DNA of 64,000 nt, taken from Eledone cirrhosa (lineage: Eukaryota). The notes beneath the pieces are model-generated. The model was not told where the DNA came from. It saw nothing but the letters and a program-made list of their open reading frames with translations, and made no database searches. A program made the translations under genes and the position numbers. The stretch covers positions 39,804,001-39,868,000 of the forward strand of contig OZ024747.1 in NCBI GenBank assembly GCA_964016885.1, written 5' to 3'. This document shows, one piece after another, positions 57,258-64,000 of this stretch. Every line of letters begins with the position of its first letter. Position 1 is the first letter of the stretch.

Positions 57258-58246
57258 CATCATCATCATCATCAACGTTTAACGTTGGTTGTCTTGCTCT
57301 TGTAGGACTGTCTGGCAGGTTTTCTACGGCTGGATGCCCTTCCTAACACCAACCATGTTTACAGTGTGGACTGGGAGGTTTTTACCGTGTTACCTACAGG
57401 GCCACATTACAACTGGACTGTGTGTTTTTTTGTCGTGACACCTACACGACCTCATTTATTTAGGACTGGATGTTGTCGTGCCAACATAACTTTACACCGA
57501 AAGGGGTGGTGTGGATGGGGTGGGGGTAGTGGGATGGGGGCGTATTTTGGTTAAGAGGTGCCTACTGAAAAGAGGTTTCGCTTTGTACTTAGGCAAGGCG
57601 GGTTTTCTGTATTACTGCGTAGCGCCAAAGATCTCGGTCCAGTGACATTGTCTTGGAGAGGTGTGTGTAAGGTCGGAATTTATCAAGCCGTCCCAGGTTT
57701 TTCTAGGTCTGCCTACTCCGTGGCTACCGTCTATTTTGATCGCCCTGCACTTTTTTATACAGCTGTCGCCTTTCATGCGCATCACGTGACCATACCAACG
57801 TAGTCTTCTCTCGAGTAAACAGCATCTGATCCCTCTTATACCTAATTTCTCACTTAGTTCATTTATGCTTTGCCGTTCACGTATATTACTATTACACATC
57901 CAGCGGAGCATGCAAGCTTCGTTCCTCTCCAGTCTGCGTATATCCTCTGCACACAATGCCCAGGTCTCACTGCCATGTAACATTGCTGTTCATATGCAGG
58001 CATCATACAGCCTGCCTTTCATTTTTAGAGAGAAACCCTTAGCGGCCAATAGTGGTATAAGCTCTCTGAACTTTTTCCATCCCGTTCTGACTCTAGCTAC
58101 TGTACTTTCAGAACATCCTCCACCACTACTGCTTTTGTCACTCAGGTAACGGAAGGTGTCCACTATTTCTATAGAACCATCTGTGCAATGGAATGAGCTA
58201 GTATCCTGTGGGCACTTGCTACTACTTATTGCACCTGAGCACCGGC

Positions 58247-58250
<4 letters not shown>
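57258..58250 (-). mobile_element. RTE-group LINE 3' fragment with (GAT)n tail
   Basis: IEIVDTFRYL, ARVRTGWKKFREL, MLHGSETW, RRLRWYGHVMRM, GRPRKTW. Confidence 0.88.
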
Positions 58251-58340
<90 letters not shown>

Positions 58341-59272
58341 GTTGTCTGTGCGTGGGAGTGGAGAAAACTAGAATACGGATGTAGTTATTTAATACACACA
58401 CACATAACGACATCCACATTTTAGTTACCAAATCAATGACGGAACTTTGTATTTCACATCTCAGTCATTCGTTCTTAACTTTATGACATGGTCACTGATA
58501 CTAGATGTAGGACTATTTGTATGTAGGATGTCAATGTATGACAAACGCCGCAGATCCATGTTATATATTGCTGACAAATGATAACATTAAATAAATATAG
58601 ACAAGTCATGTGTGTTTTACTTTGTCACTAGGTATGTACTGCGATGTTACAGGATATCTAGAGAGATACAATGTTAATAACGTCGCCCTCTCTTTCACTG
58701 TCTCTTCATAATATCTTGTATTTCTATTTCCATAATAACGTTATTGAACAATATGTGTGTGTGTATGTATGTGTGTGTGTGTGTGTGTCTGTGTGTGAGT
58801 GTGTGAGTCTGTGTGCATAGAGACAGACATATGTACGAGCGTAAAAATAGATTCGAAGATACACCCATACTCACATATAAATACATACATAGAAGCAGGA
58901 ATATAAATACACACATACAATCACACAGAAACACACATGCACATACATAAAGATATGCGCACACGCACACATGTGTATATATTGTTATGGTGACAAGGCA
59001 AGAAAAATATTACAAAATTTATATATATGAAATTTCATTTGTTTTTGTATTTGAAAAAATTGAAATGAGAAGAAATAAACAATAAATATATGAATATTCA
59101 GCCTTGAGCTTCCCGATACTGAAATATGTAAGATGAATCAATAAACAAGGTGGTGCCTTCCTACTGCTTTACACAGTTGTATTATCGATTTCTGTACTCT
59201 GCTGGAGTATTAAGTTATCACCTGTGAGGGTTAGGAAAAGGAAGATAACTGTATTCAGGAGTGCTGTAACGT

Positions 59273-59337
<65 letters not shown>

Positions 59338-59503
59338 GGATGTTGATGTATGTGTACGTTAAGGTATGTGTATTTATATAAGACTGTGTGTATTTTTTTC
59401 GTATTAATGTGCAAAAGTCTCTGTATATGTGCATGTGTGCACGTGTGTAAGTCTGGGAACGTGTGTATGTCGGTTTGTGTGTGTGTGTGTGTGCAAAGGA
59501 GAG

Positions 59504-59549
<46 letters not shown>

Positions 59550-60027
59550 AGAGAGAGAGAGAGATAGAGGGGAGTAAAGGAGAGCGTATATAGTGGTGTG
59601 TTTTTGTATTTATGTGTGTCTGTTTAAATGGTTGAATGTACAGCTTAGAATTTTCCTCCAAGTGATCTCTTTCAGAAAATTCACTAATTGCAGGCGTTGT
59701 ATAGATTTGTTCGGCTCCGTACATACTAATTATTTCTGGTTTTCGCTTTCAACATTTCATTTCATTTTGTATGTATCAATCGTAAGGACAAATCTCTCTT
59801 GCTTTTTCTATCAACCTCACGTACGTGTCTTTTCAACTCCACTATTGCATCCATCTATTTCAGGTATCTATGAACGTCACCCATCTCTCTCATTCATTTT
59901 ATTCTCTCTTCATAAAAACCTCCCCTAAATATCCCTATTTTGCAATCTAAAGGACCGAAACAGTCCATGCCTCTATTGATTTCTTGTTCTGAGAGAGGTA
60001 GAACCTCACTCTATACTTGTTTTAAGG

Positions 60028-60081
<54 letters not shown>

Positions 60082-60726
60082 ATATCTTGATATCACGTGG
60101 ACTGAATAAATTCCCGTTAACAGCCCTCTGACATAAACGTCCCTCGGAGGGATCGGCTGTTATTTACGTGAGTTTCTAGATAGCATTTATTTGGTTTAGA
60201 TTTCTTCTATGTTCAAGTTAAGGCAACTAACGTTCTTAGTTAAATATATGGAAATATGTTTGTTTAAGATAAGTGTTTATGTGACCGAATAATGAGTAAA
60301 TGGGAATGCGATCTCTTATGTTATTCGTTAATTGTTGATTCTATATTTGTTTCTGTGAGTGTATCTGGATGTGTATTGAGTGTATGCGAGTTTGTGTATA
60401 TCAGTCAGATTATACATGAGCATGTAGGTATCGGTTAGGAGAAATGCGTGTATATGACGTTATCTATATCGCTACGTATGTGTATATGATAAGCCAATGT
60501 GTATTCACGTCCGCATGAATCTATGTATATCTGTGAGGGACGTCTTTGTTTTCGGAAACGTTGCAAATACTTTATTCAAGGTTTTCAAATACTAGAAGTT
60601 ATGTGCAATCTTCGAAGTTATGTTGTTGGTATTTAGTCCTAGATAAATAGTGATCGAGTAGATCAATATTCAAAAGGCTGGAATGTATGTTTGATCATCC
60701 TTGACCAGAGGGCAACCAATAGTCTC

Positions 60727-60877
60727 ATATTACATAAGATCCTCAAAAATATTCCTCTACTGTTTATTGGTACTTTTGAAGTAAACACGCACAGATTATT
60801 GTTTTAATCTGTGTTTGTTTGCTTCTAAAGTACCAATAAACAGTAGAGGAATATTTTTGAGGATCTTCTGTGATATT
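60727..60877. repeat. ~150-bp imperfect hairpin
   Basis: AAGATCCTCAAAAATATTCCTCTACTGTTTATTGGTACTTT / AAAGTACCAATAAACAGTAGAGGAATATTTTTGAGGATCTT; pairing continues to a short loop near 60800. Confidence 0.85.
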
Positions 60878-62159
60878 AGAGTAATTTTCTTTAGTTATTC
60901 CGTTGTAGCCATCGTCGGGGTAATGTTGTCAGCTTTGAAAAGCTCACGAGTGAGGTGAACTTGTGTGACATTTGAAATCAGCAGGTAAAGTGCCATAGGT
61001 CAAACGTTTTACCAATACTGTGTCCTATCTAAGATTCGACAATTTCGTGTGTTAAATGAACCAAATGAGTTTATACAGATGTTGACAGTAGTCTTGAAGA
61101 CACCAGATATAATGATGATTCGAATGTCACGGAAGAAGAAAATTTCTCATGCTAAAAATATCATTATTGGAAAGATAATGAAAGAATTGTGAGATAAAAT
61201 CATGAAATCCACGCCAACTTTCAATTAATGATATTATCAATGACTTTGTTGGTGCAGTTGAACAGATCAAAGATAATTCCGCTTTCGCTAATATTAAGGT
61301 TTCAAAAAACAATTCGTTATATAATGATCTTGTCAATGTATGTCTCTTACAAATCAAACCGACGCTTTAATCAATTTTAAATTTTCCATAAACCAATGAT
61401 ATACGCCAACAAACCAAAACAAGTAAATGTATGAAATGGAAGTTATTTTCGATGGTATTAATGATTAACGATCCACTTAAATAAAAGCGATAAATAATAC
61501 ATTTATATGACTGATACTTTGAGATCATAATTCGTAAGTTGGTGGTATATATTTCTATGTCTAACAGTTTATCCAAATGTATGGTAAAACAACATAGAAG
61601 GTTTCGTGTGCGGCTGAGACACTACTAGAAGAGTACCAATAGGTGCACAATGGTGAGTAACATGACTGCTGGAGAGAGCAGCCCATTTCAGACTAATTTT
61701 TTTACTCAATCGAAGTAAATCGGTAAATTTTTATTTCATCTTGTTTACTTTTACCACATACAATTTTATCTGTATCTCTATCTATCTATCTATATCTATA
61801 TCTCTCTCTATATATATATACACGCACACGGTAAACAGTGGCGGCCACGTGTTGTCCCTCTCCGATAAAACTTGTTCACCCTCGAAAAACCCCCAGCTGA
61901 TGGATGCGAAATCCCAAATATAGGGAATATTAAATCAATTCCAAGGTAATTCTATCTCGTGTTACTGTTCTTTACATTTTCCCTACGTCCCTTTACGCTC
62001 TCCACGTCTCTTTCTACGCCTCCTCTTACATCCTCATTACAACCTGATTCTGTTACCCAGAGATTTACCCATCTGCATTGTTGAGGCTTCCAAAACCACC
62101 ATTTTTATTATTCTACAATGCTTCAAGCAAACCGCAGCACTACATATATATATATATAT

Positions 62160-62352
62160 ATAGGAACGAGTAGGACCCCGACGGCTGAGCTCAAGCCGTT
62201 TCGACAGCTAATTCTGGACTAGAATTAGCCGTCGAAACGGCTTGAGCTCAGCTGTGGGGGTCCTACTCGTTCCTATTACCCACTCTACAACACTAAGTAT
62301 TGAGTACTTTGGTGCGTTATAGTCCACCTGGTTCCTTACCACATTTCCTTCG

Positions 62353-62356
<4 letters not shown>
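62160..62356 (+). mobile_element. family-T fold-back 3' fragment
   Basis: Inverted arms 62160-62215 / 62221-62276 (3' half of the HHR), then the tail and (TA)n. Confidence 0.85.
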
Positions 62357-62389
<33 letters not shown>

Positions 62390-62391
<2 letters not shown>

Positions 62392-62710
62392 CGTTAACCA
62401 TGGTCTTCCTCTTCCAGTGTGTCCATGCAGGGACTCGTACAGGAGCACTGAATGCAATGTCAACTCTGGATGTCGGTGAGCATATCCAGCCAACTTCATT
62501 CTCCTCTGTGTCACTTTTGAGCTGACTTTTGGGAGGCTCCCGTACAGCTCTGAGTTTTTCATCCTCAGTGTATACCAAGGTTAAGGTATGTTGATGCCCC
62601 AAGGACAGACACTGGTCTGTTGGAGACGCAGGACGTGGCAGCGATAATGAGGGACAGAGACCGCTGGAGAGTACTCGTCCATGGATCTCGGGAATTTTAC
62701 TCGCCCTAGA
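62390..62710. mobile_element. RTE LINE 3' fragment with internal inversion
   Basis: Minus: RRMKLAGYAHRH..GRGRPWLTY; plus from about 62575: PRLRYVDA..DTGLLETQDVAAIMRDRDRWR. Confidence 0.7.
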
Positions 62711-62713
62711 GAG

Positions 62714-62761
<48 letters not shown>

Positions 62762-62769
<8 letters not shown>

Positions 62770-63580
62770 GACGTAAAATAAGAAAATTATAATAGTTAAC
62801 TTACTAAAATTTCACTCCAACTAATTAGTTTCTGAAAGGGAATAAACATGGTTTCCAAATGGAAAGCATGGAGAAGCCGTTTCATCATCAGGAAGTCTGT
62901 TCTTAGCTAAGTTACCAGGCGATGCGTGGACACAGGGAACTTATACAAAAATAATTCAGTGGATGGAAAAAAGCAAGCGTGGACTAAATTCCAAGACATT
63001 GAAAAAATCACTGCCTACCTGGTCGGTGGCAAATTCAAAAGAATCAATCACGTGACATCGAGGTTAATCAGTGAGGAGTGGGGTGTTAAAAAGACACTAG
63101 CCGAGCCATTACTATGAACTATAGTAGCAGTTTTGGCAAATTTTGGCTCAACAAAATAATTTTGAGATAATTATAAAGAATTAGTATATCATTAGTATAT
63201 CGTGATTGATTCTTTTGAATTTGCCACCGACCAAGTAGGCAGTGATTTTTTCAATGTCTTGGAATTTAGTCCACGCTTGCTTTTTTCCATCCACTGAATT
63301 ATTTTTGTATAAGTTCCCTGTGTCCACGCATCGCCTGGTAACTTAGCTGAGAACAGACTTCTTGATGACGAAACGCCTCCTCCATGCTTTCCATTTGGAA
63401 ACCATGTTTATTCCCTTTCAGAAACTAATTAGTTGGAGTGAAATTTTAGTAAGTAAGTTAATTTTTATAATTTTCTTATTTTACGTCTTTCATATAATTG
63501 TTCTGCATCCCCTTGCATTGAACCACAAAGTTACTAAGACAAAACCTATATATTTGCTAGCATAGGTATGCATCTGTATA
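62762..63580. mobile_element. large fold-back element, ~290-bp arms, hammerhead in each arm
   Basis: Arms 62762-63052 / 63201-63496. Minus 62814-62896: ACTTC CTGATGA TGAAA..TTTCA GAAA CTAATTAG TT GGAGT. The right-arm core is TTGATGA. Confidence 0.85.
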
Positions 63581-63631
63581 TATATGTTGGTAGATATACT
63601 AATTCTTTATATATATATATATATATATATA

Positions 63632-64000
63632 TAGGCTACGGAAAAAAACATTAGGAAATCTTTTAGCGAACTGGTCTGAAAATAACGTACGAATATCTTC
63701 TAGACGTAAATCTTGAATACAGGACTGATACGACTCTTCCACAAAATAAACGAGAAGCTTATCTATATTAATTTTAACTCGAGTCACCCACTTTCTATGA
63801 TCAAATCGGGTCCTCGCAGTATTTCTCTCAGAATTTCTCGCCTATCGTCTAACTCTGAGATTTTCAGTGAACATGCGGAATACTATAATAACGCGTTAAA
63901 GAATGCAAACCACCGGGATAAAATAGAATACATTGATAAGAATCTCCATAGCACACATAGCAACACACAAAATCAGAGAATATGTAACCGGGGTACAGAA
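63632..64000 (+). mobile_element. Naiad-type PLE RT-thumb fragment from about 63790, running off the window
   Basis: PRSISLRISRLSSNSEIFSEHAEYYNNALKNA is homologous to SKRLSTLSANADIFNQHADYYNEALRRA at about 25200-25296; 63632-63790 is probably an inverted tail next to (TA)n. Confidence 0.7.

Overview
This is eukaryotic, AT-rich, microsatellite-dense DNA with no recognisable host gene. The SINE families and the (TA)n/(CA)n/(TACA)n load suggest an octopus or other cephalopod (inference). The window is a graveyard of decayed transposons: two L1/Tx1-clade LINEs, Neptune-type and Naiad-type Penelope-like elements (PLEs), two Helitron remnants, CR1, R4/Dong and RTE fragments, and tRNA-derived SINEs. 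Most short ORFs in the track are artefacts of simple repeats. The main signal is non-coding. About 20 type-I hammerhead ribozyme (HHR) motifs (CUGANGA...GAAA...NUH, some degenerate) sit in about 10 unrelated short element families. These elements abut (TA)n tracts, often fold back as inverted repeats, and often carry an ACTC...GAGT hairpin 3' of the ribozyme. One family is a 317-nt tandem, retrozyme-like unit. Two families show the compensatory U3:A8 core variant. One Naiad copy has an in-frame UGA at a conserved Cys, a candidate selenocysteine. All coordinates were read by eye and element ends are approximate.
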